Positions 38,633 through 51,900 are shown, counted from the stretch's first letter. The stretch: DNA of 64,000 nucleotides from Eledone cirrhosa (GCA_964016885.1 OZ024741.1:25668001-25732000), one strand, 5' to 3'. The notes: generated from the letters alone by a model not told the origin. Translations and numbers: made by a program.

Positions 38633-39910
38633 TCAGTTCTCTATACTCTGGTTTCAAATTTCACCAAGGTTTACTTACCTTTCAGTATTCTGCACTCTGG
38701 TTTTAAATCTTGCCAAGGTTTACTTACCTTTCAGTATTCTACACTCTGGTTTTAAATCTCACCAAGGTTTACTTACCTTTCAGTATTCTGCACTCTGGTT
38801 TTAAATCTTGCCAAGGTTTACTTACCTTTCAGTATTCTATACTCTGGTTTCAAATTTCACCAAGGTTTACTTACCTTTCAGTATTCTGCACTCTGGTTTT
38901 AAATCTTGCCAAGGTTTACTTACCTTTCAGTATTCTATACTCTGGTTTCAAATTTCACCAAGGTTTACTTACCTTTCAGTATTCTGCACTCTGGTTTTAA
39001 ATCTTGCCAAGGTTTACTTACCTTTCAGTATTCTACACTCTGGTTTTAAATCTTGCCAAGGTTTACTTACCTTTCAGTATTCTACACTCTGGTTTTAAAT
39101 CTTGCCAAGGTTTACTTACCTTTCAGTATTCTACACTCTGGTTTTAAATCTTGCCAAGGTTTACTTACCTTTCAGTATTCTATACTCTGGTTTCAAATTT
39201 CACCAAGGTTTACTTACCTTTCAGTATTCTGCACTCTGGTTTTAAATCTTGCCAAGGTTTACTTACCTTTCAGTATTCTACACTCTGGTTTTAAATCTTG
39301 CCAAGGTTTACTTACCTTTCAGTATTCTACACTCTGGTTTTAAATCTTGCCAAGGTTTACTTACCTTTCAGTATTCTACACTCTGGTTTTAAATCTCACC
39401 AAGGTTTACTTACCTTTCAGTATTCTACACTCTGGTTTTAAATCTCACCAAGGTTTACTTACCTTTCAGTATTCTGCACTCTGGTTTTAAATCTTGCCAA
39501 GGTTTACTTACCTTTCAGTATTCTACACTCTGGTTTTAAATCTTGCCAAGGTTTACTTACCTTTCAGTATTCTACACTCTGGTTTTAAATCTTGCCAAGG
39601 TTTACTTACCTTTCAGTATTCTACACTCTGGTTTTAAATCTCACCAAGGTTTACTTACCTTTCAGTATTCTACACTCTGGTTTTAAATCTTGCCAAGGTT
39701 TACTTACCTTTCAGTATTCTACACTCTGGTTTTAAATCTTTCCAAGGTTTACTTACCTTTCAGTATTCTACACTCTGGTTTTAAATCTTGCCAAGGTTTA
39801 CTTACCTTTCAGTATTCTACACTCTGGTTTTAAATCTTGCCAAGATCAACTTTACCTTTCAGTATTCTACACTCTGGTTTTAAATCTTGCCAAGATCAAC
39901 TTTACCTTTC
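38633..39910 (+). repeat. 49-bp minisatellite, ~26 copies, expanded inside a SINE
   Basis: Unit cagtattctacactctggttttaaatcttgccaaggtttacttaccttt. The last unit runs into the SINE core ...ttgataaaataaagta. Confidence 0.95.
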
Positions 39911-40229
39911 CTCCTTTCAAGGTTGATAAAATAAAGTATCGGTTAAGAGTGGTGGATTGGCAGAATTGTTGGAGTATAGAACACAATGCCATAGCAGTAT
40001 AAGTTCTGGATCTTTGTGTTCTGAGTTCATATTTTGCTGTAGCCTATATGAGTGGTACATTTGATTTAATCTAGGTGCCTTAGTGGAGTCCATTCTGTTT
40101 GTATTTGGGCCAGGTCTCTTATTTAAAAGATATCGTCCTCTCTCCCTCTTACCAGACTTTGAGGCCCAGAAACAAATGTCATGGGTTTTGCTTTTGCCTC
40201 CACAACTAAACAGTAAAAAAGAAAAAGAA

Positions 40230-40640
40230 ATTGGACAGATTTTATGGGCCAAACCAACCAGCAGGGGACCTAGGGGTAGTCCTCAAGCAAGATGGTTGGA
40301 TAATATCCATGAGCTTGGCTGGTCTCTCTTGGGGATCCAGCTGGATCAGTTGGAGATGGTTGTTTCTGACAGAACCTGCTGGAAGGAGTGTTTAACCCTT
40401 TCGCATTTAAACCAGCCATATCCTGCCAGAATTCTCTCACCTCTTTCTGTTCAAACTGGCCGTAACCAGCTACTCATACTGATGTTAAGGTATTCTTCTC
40501 AAAATGAATAATATCGAAATCTCGTAGATTTGATATTAGGTAAAGCCTTTACCATGAAAATATAATAGTAAATATAGAATAATGTAAATACCAAAGGGTT
40601 AAGGACTCTGGCCCCACGACCCTCTCAGGAATAAGTGGCC
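40230..40640 (+). mobile_element. RTE 3' fragment interrupted by a MITE
   Basis: ILWAKPTSRGPRGSPQARWLDNIHELGWSLLGI...CWKECL, resuming after the MITE as ggactctggcccc, matching the reverse complement of 37375-37560. Confidence 0.75.
40396..40598 (+). mobile_element. piggyBac-type MITE (copy A)
   Basis: TTAA|CCCTTT...AAAGGG|TTAA. Removing it plus one TTAA restores the host RTE sequence. Confidence 0.85.
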
Positions 40641-40771
40641 AAAGAAGAAAAATATGAATGAGAAGATTGGTGTCTTTGGTCGTGACTTTTTCTTGAGTGT
40701 GAGATATTTCATATGTGACTATTATTTCTAGCAGATTCAGTAATCATGTATAGGCAAGTTCATTGTCTTAA

Positions 40772-40976
40772 CCCTTTAGGATTTACATTACACTATATAT
40801 ACTATTGTATTTTCACAGTAAAAGATTTATCTCACATAATGTCTCACCCATGAGATTTTGATATTTACTTTGAGAATAATACCTTAACATCAGTATGAGT
40901 GGCCAGTTACTGCCAGTTTGAATAGAAAGAGGTGAGAGAATTTTGGCTGCATACAGCTGGTTTAAATGATAGAGGG
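40772..40976 (-). mobile_element. piggyBac-type MITE (copy B, inverted relative to A)
   Basis: TTAA|CCCTTT...AGAGGG|TTAA. Internal sequence is reverse-complementary to copy A. Confidence 0.85.
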
Positions 40977-41220
40977 TTAAGCAGGAACCAGTTTCACTAA
41001 CTGTTGTAATTGCCGATGTGGAACTAATATGTACAAAATATAAAAATAAAACTAAAGGTAGCCAACTGAATCGGTGGCTTGAAGTTGTTGGTAGGTGATA
41101 CTTCAGACCATTTCTCTCCAAATTTCTAATCCACGCAGAGGACAACCATGGTTAATAGGTGACATCCATCTCCATAGCAACTCTATGGGGATTTAGTAGT
41201 AATACTGTGTGCAATTATGT

Positions 41221-41466
41221 ATTAGTAGTGGTAGTAGTATTAGTAGTGGTATGGTGGTGGTGGTAGTAGTAGTAGCAATAGTGGTAGTAGTAGTAGTGGA
41301 GTAGCAGCAGTAGTAATAGTAGCAGCAGTAGTAGTAGCAGTAGTGGTAGTAGCGGTAGTAGTAGCAATAGAGGTAGTAGCAGTAGTAGTAGTAGTAGTGG
41401 TGGTGGTGGTCGTGGTGGTGGTGGTGGTGGTAGTAGTAGTAGCGGTGGCAGCGGCCACCGCCGCCG
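41221..41466. repeat. Compound (TAG)/(TGG)/(CAG) trinucleotide microsatellite
   Basis: Directly visible. Confidence 0.9.
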
Positions 41467-41507
41467 TTATATTTAGTTGGTTTTATCCCAACTCGGTTTA
41501 ATCTTGT

Positions 41508-41597
41508 TTGGTCTAGTGGTTAGGCTGTTAGACTTACAATCAAATGGCCATGAGTTCAATTCCTGCGCATGTTGTATTCTTGAGCAAAGATTTTCAT
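41508..41597 (+). mobile_element. Truncated tRNA/CORE-type SINE head
   Basis: A box ggtctagtggttag, B box gagttcaattcc, CORE-like gttgtattcttgagcaaaga. Confidence 0.6.
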
Positions 41598-42351
41598 TAT
41601 AGGATATGGCCCCTATTATTCAAACATCCAAGAAACTTTCTATGAGATGCAACTTTGTTTGAGGCCAAATTAACCATACATAGGTGTGAGCTATAGCAAC
41701 AACAGGTTATGAATCTTCTTCTTGTCATTTGACATATACACAATAAAAGGCAGGTCGAGACCAGCAAGTCAGACCAAGGTGTCATTTGCAGTATTATGTA
41801 TTGCCTCTAGGCCGCTGGGAAAACATCTGAGGAGCAATCCTGAACAACTGCAGTATTGTCTGGTCAGGGTCCCCACTGTCACATGCTCGGCTGTCTTTCA
41901 TTTTCCGTCGATGGAGATGATGGACTGTCCTGGCATGTGTTGTGTGGATCTGATTAAGGGACACCATTGCCTTCTGGGAAGGTCAAAGACAGCTGGTTTA
42001 GATGTGGGGTTGGTTTGAGTGAGTGTGAACTTTTACTTGTATGTATGTGTGTGTGTTGTATAAGGGAAGAGGTGAGGGAATTTATGTAGATCAGAAATCT
42101 ACTTAGAGAATTTTCTTTCAAGTCAAGGCTGGAATACATTAAAAAAGTAATTGAGTCAACTATTGACTCATCAAAGAGATATACCTAATTATTCATACAC
42201 TATTTACAACCATCATCATCATCATCATCAATCTTCATCATCATCATCATCACCACATCTGCTTTTCAATTATTTATTATTATTAATATTATCAGTTTCC
42301 ACCCCACCCTTGCAAGCAGGGAAAAAGCGGACGTAAAAATGAAATGAAATG

Positions 42352-42802
42352 ATTAGCATGGCATCGGTAGAGAGTCGGACGCCATGCTTTCCAGCATAGT
42401 TACGTCCCTTTATGGTCTGAGTTCAAATCCCACCGAGGTTCACTTTGCCTTTCATCCTTACGGGGTCAATAAAATAAAGTACCAGTCACGCACTGGGGTC
42501 AATTTCATCGACTTTTCCCTCCCCCCAAAATTGCTGGTCTTGTGCCTATACTAGAAATCATTATTATTATTATTATAAGGTGGATTGGCAGGATCGGTAG
42601 AGCATTGGACAACATGCTTTGCTCCATAGAGTTGCAGCCCTTTATGTTCTGAGTTCAAATCTCACTGAGGTTAGCTTTGCTTTTCATCCTTATGGGGTGG
42701 ACGATAAAATAAGATACCAGGAACACACTGGGGTCGATTATATAGTCTTACCTTCCCCCATAATTGCTGGCCTTGTGCCTAAATCAGAAATCATTATTAT
42801 TA
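42352..42802 (+). mobile_element. Two head-to-tail Meta-like SINE copies (~42352-42575, ~42578-42802)
   Basis: Each has an A box (tggca..atcgg), a B box (gagttcaaatc), the tttcatcctta.gggg core and an (ATT)n tail. Confidence 0.85.
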
Positions 42803-43079
42803 TATCTCTAACGATATATGGCTTATATACATATATACACACACACACATATCATATAATTTGAATCACATGTACATATATATATACACACACACACACA
42901 CGCACACACACACACAATGAACACGTGTGTGTGTGTGTGTAGTGTTAATCATGTATTTACATGTAACACAACAGAATAAAAGTAGATTGTTGTAAACGGG
43001 GTTAAACCATAATTGCTAGATCAATAGGTTTTGAGGCAGTGTTATCCCAAACCTACATTGAACTGATAATTATAATAAA

Positions 43080-43470
43080 TAATAATGAAAATATTGTGTA
43101 CAGTGCTCAGGTGCACTACAACTCATCAAAAAGTGTATGTATAGTACATAGGGTAATGTACAAACGTCAGGAAAATGAACAGTGCATGAGTCATGATATA
43201 CACATGTGTGCATGTGTATGGAAGGGGTACATCAGGTGTAGTTTTGGCGTATTTCGGGAAGCATGAGGGTTTTAAAGGATGCAGTGTCTCGACAACTAAC
43301 AACTGACGCAGGCAGTTTGTTCCATGCTTCAGCAACTCTGAGCGTGAACAAATGTTTACGAAAGTCATGGGAGCTGTGCTGTTTTCTGATTTTGTAGGCA
43401 TGTCCACGTGTGTTAGACACATGGAGATCAAAAAGATGCTCAAGGTTGTCATTGGCGAGATGGTTAATAA
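43080..43470 (-). mobile_element. CR1 LINE 3' end, decayed
   Basis: SNTRGHAYKIRKQH...RKHLFTLRVAEAWNKLPASVV...SFK. Homologous to 48320-48720. Confidence 0.85.
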
Positions 43471-43706
43471 ATTGTTTCTACTTTTGGCACAAGGCCAGCA
43501 AATACTCAGTACATTACTGGTACTTTATTTTATCGACCCCGTAAGGATGAAAGGTAAAGTTAACTTTGACATTGAACTGATAATATTGCTATATTTGTCA
43601 CAGTTAATTCTATAGTTTTAATTTGAGCAGCTTACATTCCAGCCATGACCATCATGTCTTTTATTTCCATTGATAGTATATGTAAGCTTTCATTATCCAA
43701 GGTGTC

Positions 43707-43921
43707 AAGGGCAGCAGTAGATTGGCAGTAATCGGTAGAGTGTCAGACAAGATGCTTTGCAGCATAGTTACAGCTCTTTACATTCTGAGTTCTAATCCAA
43801 GGTTAACTTTGCCTTTCATCTTTACGGGGTCGATAAAATAAAGTACCAGTAATGCAGTGGTGTCGATTTAATTGACTTTCCCTTCCCCCAAAAATGTTGG
43901 CCTTGTGCCTAAATCAGACAC
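43707..43921 (+). mobile_element. Meta-like SINE with ~16-bp target-site duplication
   Basis: SINE core present. Flanks are cattatccaaggtgtc (43691-43706) and cattatccaaagtgcc (43922-43937). Confidence 0.8.
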
Positions 43922-44091
43922 CATTATCCAAAGTGCCCTTCTTTTTTTAAAAAGACAGTAGTATATGATTAAGATTTAACTGCTATTTCTAGCATGTCAA
44001 ACAGCTACATAGAGGATCTTCATAAATTTGTTGATGTTGATGTTAATGTTGTTGAGACCAAAGAAATTATGTATTTCACACACTACTTTAA

Positions 44092-44289
44092 CCCTTTAGT
44101 ATTTAAATCAGCCATATCTGGTCAGAATTTTCTCACCTCTCTCAGTTCAAACCAATGTTAAGGTGTTGTTCTCAAAATAAATAATATCAAAATCTCATAG
44201 ATTCGATATTATGGGAGATAATTATGTGAAAGAAAGTGTCTACCGTGAAAATACAATAGTAAATATAGAGAAATGTAAATGTTAAAGGG
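44092..44289 (+). mobile_element. piggyBac-type MITE (copy C)
   Basis: TTAA|CCCTTT...AAAGGG|TTAA, colinear with copy A. Confidence 0.85.
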
Positions 44290-44539
44290 TTAACGGAAGT
44301 GCATGTAGGACATACCACATTTCAGTGTATTACTGGTATCTGCAGCCCCTCTTCCCTCCAAGAAATCCAAACTAGGTCTGGATTCCCAAATAGCTCACAC
44401 TCAACTTACACTCAACTAACACTCAAGTCTGCCTATCACACTCACCTCTTTACCTCTTTTTCTGGTCTAGACAGTTAGAAATATTCCCACTCATTATTCA
44501 TAGCCAAAAATACCACCTTTACAGTCATCACTGACTTTA

Positions 44540-44542
<3 letters not shown>

Positions 44543-44606
<64 letters not shown>

Positions 44607-44815
44607 GCTCTCTCTCTCTGTCTGTGCATGTGTGTGTCTGTGTTTCTGTATGTGTGTGTCTGTATTTCTTTCTCTCTCTGTCTCTCTCTCTCTCTGCGTC
44701 TCTCTTTCTGTCTCTCTCTCTCTCTGTGCATGTGTGTGTCTGTATTTGTGTGTGTCTCACACTCTCTCTCTCTCTCTCTCTGAATCTATGTGTGTGAGTC
44801 TGTCTGTGTATGTGT
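44543..44815. repeat. Compound (TA)/(TG)/(TC) microsatellite
   Basis: Directly visible. Confidence 0.9.
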
Positions 44816-45246
44816 ACCTGTCACTCACTTACCTGGCTTCCTCCCTTACCTCCCTCACTAAACAAACCAAAAGTTGTTCAACAATTTGTGAAGGTATCAC
44901 AACACCAATCTCAGTCGTTAGAGTTCCCAGTCAACTTGAAAGAATTACATTTTCTATAATTATAGTTTTATAAGCAATCACCTTGACAGAGCAGCCTCTA
45001 CTCTGAACAGCTCAGACAAAACAGAGAAAATAAGAAAGAAGTTAATTCTTCTCTTTTGATCTCTTGGTGTCTCTTGTCACTACTGTCCTCATCCAACACA
45101 CAGCAACAGGTGAGGAACGCCATCTGTGGTGTATGTTTTTGTCATGGTTTATAGAGCTGGATGCCCTTCCTATCAACAACCACTGTAGCTAATATATGCA
45201 TGTGTGGATGTGGATATACTGGGGGAATTTTATTGTGACACCAACA

Positions 45247-45520
45247 CTAGAGAGGTTGTCATTCCTTTGACAAACCTGGAGAGGTTGTCATGTCTTTGAC
45301 ACACCTGAAGAGGTCATGTCCCCGGTACTAGAGAGATTGTCATGTCTTTGACACACCTGAAGAGGTCATGTCCCCGGTACTAGAGAGATTGTCATGTCTT
45401 TGACACACCTGAAGAGGTCATGGCCCCGGTACTAGAGAGATTGTCATGTCTTTGACACACCTGAAGAGGTCATGTCCCCGGTACTAGAGAGGTTGTCGTA
45501 TCTTTAACACACCTGAAGAG
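45247..45520. repeat. 52-bp minisatellite, ~5 copies
   Basis: Unit actagagagattgtcatgtctttgacacacctgaagaggtcatgtccccggt, starting at 45327, 45379, 45431 and 45483. Confidence 0.9.
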
Positions 45521-45900
45521 AGTCAAGAAGATGCTTCTGTTGTGTCAAAAACATGATGACCACCCTAGTGCTGAGGCCATGGTAAACACACACCCAGTAC
45601 CCTCTGTAGAGTATGGGTATGTATGTAAGAAAGAGGCAAAGCAAACTTCTTAAGCCAACAGCCATCCATGTCTTACAAGGCTAGTGTTGTGCTTAGTTTC
45701 AAGAAATCTATATTGACAGAGTAGAGTTAATGTTATGTGACTTAGTTTTTTCCTGGTAGTTAAAAAACATTACTTCAATTGACTTCCATCACTAACAACA
45801 TTGTCAATGGTTTTATTCAATAGTTTAACCTTGATCACCAGCTGTGAGAATTTGCTGTTGTAAGCAATATATTGTCTATATTGTATTTGTACATGTGAAG

Positions 45901-46330
45901 ATACATGGCTTAGTGGTAAAACTCTTTGGCTCACAATCATAAAGGTCATGGATTTGATCCCCAGGCTGGGCAGTGCTTCATGTCCTTCATCAAAGCATTA
46001 TTTCATGTTGCTCCAGTCCACAAAGTGGTTGTGTTGGTGCAACAACAAGGAGTACCCAGCTCACACTGTAAAGTGGTCATGTAGGTGTCATGATTAAAAA
46101 GTACCCAGCCCGCACTGTAATATGGTTGTGTAGGTGTCTTGATTAAAAAGGGCCCAGCCCATACTGTAAATGTGGTTGGTATTAGGAAGGGTAGTCAGCC
46201 GTAGATACCAAGCCAAAATCAATTCTGTATGAGCAAGACATGGTCATCCAACCTAGCTAGTCCCACAATGGATCAGTTGTCTAACCATGTTAGTGTGGAA
46301 AATGGACATTAAACTGTAATGATGATGATT
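45901..46330 (+). mobile_element. tRNA/CORE-type SINE head joined to an RTE 3' UTR with (GAT)n tail
   Basis: Head tggcttagtggtaa...gatttgatcccc and CORE-like segment to ~46020. 46021-46330 aligns by eye with RTE copy 2 UTR (~5965-6230). Confidence 0.65.
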
Positions 46331-46979
46331 GACCTATTGGAAACCAATAACCAATAATTCTATATCCCTCATTGTTCTCCAGGCATAGTATATCTAGGAC
46401 TACATTATCAAATATGACCTTGAATATATTTTCATCATAGTGGGGTGAGATTTATTTGAGATTTGGGTGCTATTTCTACCAAGTCAACCTTGAAGAGATG
46501 AAGATTCTATAGTTGGGTGGTGGGTGGTGAATGGCAGGGAGAGGGGTAGTGGTTAAAACATGTTGGGTGGGGTGACATGGAGGAGGAAGGGTGGGAGGTG
46601 GGGTGGCAGGAAGAGAGGGGTGGTAGGGTGGTGGTGGATAAAACAAAGGTTGTTGTTTTGCTGCAGAATAGTAGGAAGACCAGCCAAATAATAGATGTCA
46701 TATTTTTGTCAACCAGACCAGCTGTCTCAGATATCAAACTGAAAATATAAATTGATTTTTATATCTATGTCAAACACAGACACAGACAGATACACAGGCA
46801 CACAGACAGACTTATATCTATTTTCTACATTATGGTTTGTTAGTAGTTGTATATTATCAATGAATGTCAGTGTTGGAATATGAGATTTTCATCACCATTA
46901 TAATGACACCTTTATAACTATGGTGGTGACGATGGTGGTAGTGTTATGACCAGTGTCATATGGTGGTGGTGGTGGTGTT

Positions 46980-47270
46980 ACAACCAATTATTCCTGAAAG
47001 GGTTGTTGAGGACAGGGTCCTCAAACATGCCTTCCAGAAGATCCTATTTGAAGCAGCCCTAACCAAAAGCTTTGCCTGGATTATCCAACCATCTTGCTTG
47101 TGGTTTACCTCTGGGCTTGCTGTCAGTTTACTTTTCTCTATCAAATCTATCCAGTGATTCGTTCCTAGACATTCTAGCCACATGTCTTTAGTACTGGGGC
47201 TGTGATCTTGTAATGGTAGTGGTTCTACCTAGAGAAACTCGCTGATCCCAAAACTACACCCCATATTTCT
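46980..47270 (-). mobile_element. Highly decayed RTE 3' fragment
   Basis: ttatccaaccatcttgc...aaatctatccagtgattc...agacattcta matches 37494-37590. Confidence 0.6.
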
Positions 47271-47320
47271 CCTGAGATGCACACATAGTATTGAGTTTAT
47301 AAATGTCATGCTTTGGCTGT

Positions 47321-47595
47321 GGAGGTATGTGGCCCAGTAGTAAAGGTGTTGGATTTATGATCATAATGTTGTGAGCTTGATTCCTAGGCTGTGTGTTGTG
47401 TTCTTGAGCAAAACACCTCATTTCTCGTTGCTCCAGTATACTCAACTGAGTACCAGCAATAGCTGGGAATTAAACCCTGCGATGGACTGGCATCCTGTCC
47501 CGGGGTGAGTCTTGAACTCTGTCATTTCATGCCATTGCCATGGAAACCGGGATAAGCACCGGTCCGATTATCCTCCTGGCTTGAGACAGACTTTA
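47321..47595 (+). mobile_element. tRNA-derived SINE with CORE-like and V-like segments
   Basis: A/B-box-like head, gttgtgttcttgagcaaaacacct, aaccctgcgatggactggcatcctgtcc, gaaaccgggataagc. Confidence 0.65.
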
Positions 47596-48319
47596 GCTGC
47601 AGTACCAGAAATCAGAGGCATAGCAAAGTGGTATTTTCTGTAGCCACCCCCCTAACAGCTGAAATATAGCATTGAAACTCTGGATAATATAATCTGTGGA
47701 ATAGCATCATTGCATTTCGGTGGAAGATGTTTGGCCATGTGCCATGCATATCCACAAAGTCACCAGTGAGGGCCGCCCTCACTGGTGAAAGAATACCTAA
47801 CAGATATGGGCCTGACTTGGGAGCAGGACCATGTAAGATGGCGATCTCTCATTGTCCAATGAGCCATAGGGAGCAGAAGGAATTAGAGACAAAGAAAACA
47901 CACTACTACTAAAAAAGATGGAATTCCCATGGTCTGCAGATAATAGGTCTGCTAGATCAGTGTTGACCTGGGGCTAAACAACAAGTCAACCCGGGCCTGA
48001 TTTAATAGGGGCAAAGGGGAAAATTGTCCTGGGCTACACCAGCGATGGCCATAGCTATTTGTGCCCTCAGCTGGGCTTTTTAGTTTTAAGATGGATAGAA
48101 TTTTTTTATTTAATACCTGTATGTATAATTTTTCCCTTCTGATTACTTGCACAAAGCTAACTTTGATTTGTAAAATTAGGGTGGTGGGGGTGCTGTGTAT
48201 TCCAATATTTTGTGTATGAGGGGTCGCCCAAACCTGAAGTGATTCGGGCCCACCAAGGTCTAAATCCAACTCTAAAGTCAACAGTGAGATTTGAACATCT
48301 CAATTATGTGATGATAATA

Positions 48320-48720
48320 ATAATAAGGAAATTATTGTGTACAGTGCTCAGGTGCACTACAACTCATCAAAGGTGCATGTATAGTACATAGAATAATATA
48401 CAAAGTCAGGGAAGTGAATAGTGTATGAGTCATGATATACATGTGTGTATGTGTATGGAGGGGGAATATTACGTGTAGTGTTGGCAAATCTCGGGAAGCA
48501 TGGAGGTTTTAACGGATGCAGTGTCTCGTCAGCGAACAACTGATGCAGGTAGTTTGTTCCATGCTTCAGCAACTCTGAGTGTGAAAAAATGTTTCCAAAA
48601 GTCATGGGAGCTGTGCTGTTTTCTGACTTTGTGGGCATGTCCACATATGTTAGACACATGGAAATCAACTCAGGGTTGTTGTTGGCAAGATGGTTAATAA
48701 TCTTGTGGGTGTCTACCAAG
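48320..48720 (-). mobile_element. CR1 LINE 3' end, second copy
   Basis: Colinear with 43080-43470. Confidence 0.85.
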
Positions 48721-48759
48721 TCAGGTTGGACTTCTTACCTCTCTGGATTCTGACAACGA

Positions 48760-48978
48760 GTTTGCCAGTTGATTCAATCAATGGAAGAGCTTGCTCATAA
48801 AATTGACATGCCAGTAAGTGGCTGAGTATTCCACAGTCACATGTATCCTTATTGTAGTGGTGCTCAGGGAGATTCAGCATGATACAAGCTGTGATAAGGC
48901 TGACTCTTTGAATTAGAAAGGCAACTCGTGTTTGCCAGCTGAGCAGACTGTGCCATTAATGTCATATTCAAGGACATA
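48760..48978 (-). mobile_element. Decayed SINE body (CORE-type), truncated at the start of the triplet array
   Basis: taagtggctgagtattccacag...cagggagattcagc...tttgccagctgag...caaggaca resembles an abundant octopus SINE (from memory). Its end is reverse-complementary to the CORE-like segment at ~45980 and ~47400. Confidence 0.55.
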
Positions 48979-51900
48979 TCAACAACACTAACAGTGATAA
49001 CACCAACAACAACACCAACAACTGCAACAACACCAACACCAACACCAACAACACCACCAACACCAACACCAACACCAACACCAACACCAACAACACCAAC
49101 AACAACACCAACAACAACACCAACAACAACACCAACAACAACACCAACAACAACACCAACACCAACAACACCAACACCAACAATACCAGCACCAACAATA
49201 CCAGCACCAACAACACCAGCACCAACAACACCAGCACCAACAACACCAGCACCAACAACACCAGCACCAACAACACCACCAACACCAGCACCACCAACAC
49301 CAGCACCACCAGCACCACCAGCACCACCAACACCAGCACCACCAACACCAGCACCACCAACACCACCAACACCAGCACCACCAACACCAGCACCACCAAC
49401 ACCAGCACCACCAACACCAGCAACACCAGCACCAACACCACCAGCACCAACACCACCAGCACCAACAACACCAGCACCAACAACACCAGCACCACCAGCA
49501 CCACCAACACCAACACCAGCAACACCAGCACCAACAACACCAGCACCAACAACACCAGCACCAACAACACCAGCACCAACAACACCAGCACCACCAACAC
49601 CAGCACCACCAACACCAGCACCACCAACACCAGCACCAACAACACCAGCACCACCAACACCAGCACCAACAACACTCGCACCAACAACACCAGCACCACC
49701 AACACCAGCACCACAAACACCACCACCAGCACCAGCACCAACAACACCACCAACACCAGCACCACCATAACCACCAACACCAGCACCACCAACACCAGCA
49801 CCACCAATACCACCAGCACCAACAACACCACCAACACCAGCACCACCAACACCAGCACCACCAACACCAGCACCACCAACACCAGCACCACCAACACCAG
49901 CACCAACAACACCAGCACCACCAACACCAGCACCACCAACACCAGCACCACCAACACCAGCACCAACAGCACCACCAACACCAGCACCAACACCACCAAC
50001 ACCAACAACAACAACATCAACAATACCACCGACACCAACAACGATACCACCAACACCAACAACAATACCACCAACACCAACAACAATACCACCAACACCA
50101 ACAACAATACCACCAACACCAACAACAATACCACCAACACCAACAACAATACCACCAACAACAATACCACCAACACCTACAACAATACCACCAACACCAC
50201 CGACACCAACAACAACAACACCGACAACAACAACAATACCACCAACAACAATACCACCGACACCAACAACAACAACACCGACAACACAACCAACACCAAC
50301 AACACCGACACCAACAACAGTACCACCAACACCAACACCACCAACACCAACAACAATACCACCAACACCAACAACAATACCACCAACACCAACAACAATA
50401 CCACCAACACCAACAACAATACCACCAACACCAACAACAATACCACCAACACCAACAACACCAACACCAACAACAATACCACCAACACCAACAACAATAC
50501 CACCAACACCAACAACAATACCACAAACACCAACAACAATACCACCAACACCAACAACACCAACACCAACAACAATACCACCAACACCAACAACAATACC
50601 ACCAACACCAACAACAATACCACCAACACCAACAACAATACCACCAACACCAACAACAATACCACCAACACCAACAACAATACCACCAACACCAACAACA
50701 ATACCACCAACACCAACAACAATACCACCAACACCAACAACAATACCACCAACACCAACAACAATACCACCAACACCAACAACAATACCACCAACACCAA
50801 CAACACCAACACCAACACCACCAACACCAACAACAATACCACCAACACCAACAACAATACCACCAACACCAACAACAATACCACCAACACCAACAACAAT
50901 ACCACAAACACCAACAACAATACCACCAACACCAACAACAATACCACCAACACCAACACCACCAACACCAACAACAATACCACCAACACCAACAACAATA
51001 CCACCAACACCAACAACAATACCACCAACACCAACAACAATACCACCAACACCAACAACAATACCACCAACACCAACAACAATACCACCAACACCAACAA
51101 CAATACCACCAACACCAACAACAATACCACCAACACCAACAACAATACCACCACCAACAACAACACCAACACCAACAACAATAGCACCAACACCAACAAC
51201 AATACCACCAACAACAACAACAATACCACCAACACCACCAACACCAACAACAATACCACCAACACCAACACCAACAACAATACCACCAACACCACCGACA
51301 CCAACACCAACAACAATACCACCAACACCAACAACACCAATACCACCAACACCAACAACAATACCACCAACACCAACAACACCAACACCAACAACAATAC
51401 CACCAACACCAACAACAATACCACCAACACCAACAACACCAACACCAACAACAATACCACCAACACCACCAACAACAATACCACCAACACCAACAACAAT
51501 ACCACCAACACCAACAACACCAACACCAACAACAATACCACCAACACCAACAACAATACCACCAACAACACCGACACCAACAACAATACCACCGACACCA
51601 ACAACAACAACACCAACACCAACAACACCAACACCGACAACAATACCACCAACACCAATACCACCAACACCAACAACAATACCACCGACACCAACAACAA
51701 CAACACCAACACCAACAACAATACCACCAACACCAACAACAATACCACCAACAACAACAACACCGACACCAACAACAATACCACCAACACCAACAACAAT
51801 ACCACCAACACCAACAACAATACCACCAACACCAACAACAATACCACCAACACCAACAACAATACCACCAACACCAACAACAATACCACCAACACCAACA

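Noticed and set aside
38633-39910. Possible CRISPR array or repeated 96-aa ORFs
   Set aside because: Units are contiguous with no unique spacers, the context is eukaryotic, and the unit is SINE-derived.
45300-45520. CTGAAGA in each 52-bp unit as a tandem hammerhead (retrozyme) satellite
   Set aside because: No GAAA...NUH half and no stems I or II could be formed.
42352-47595. A/B-box sequences as tRNA genes
   Set aside because: There is no cloverleaf, and each continues into SINE core and tail sequence.
47620-47935. RWKMFGHV-like LINE C-terminal remnant
   Set aside because: It is only a short motif in broken frames, so it cannot be bounded or classified.
47992-48272. Possible hAT-type MITE (gggcctgattta ... 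taaatccaactct)
   Set aside because: The termini are too degenerate and there is no clear 8-bp TSD.
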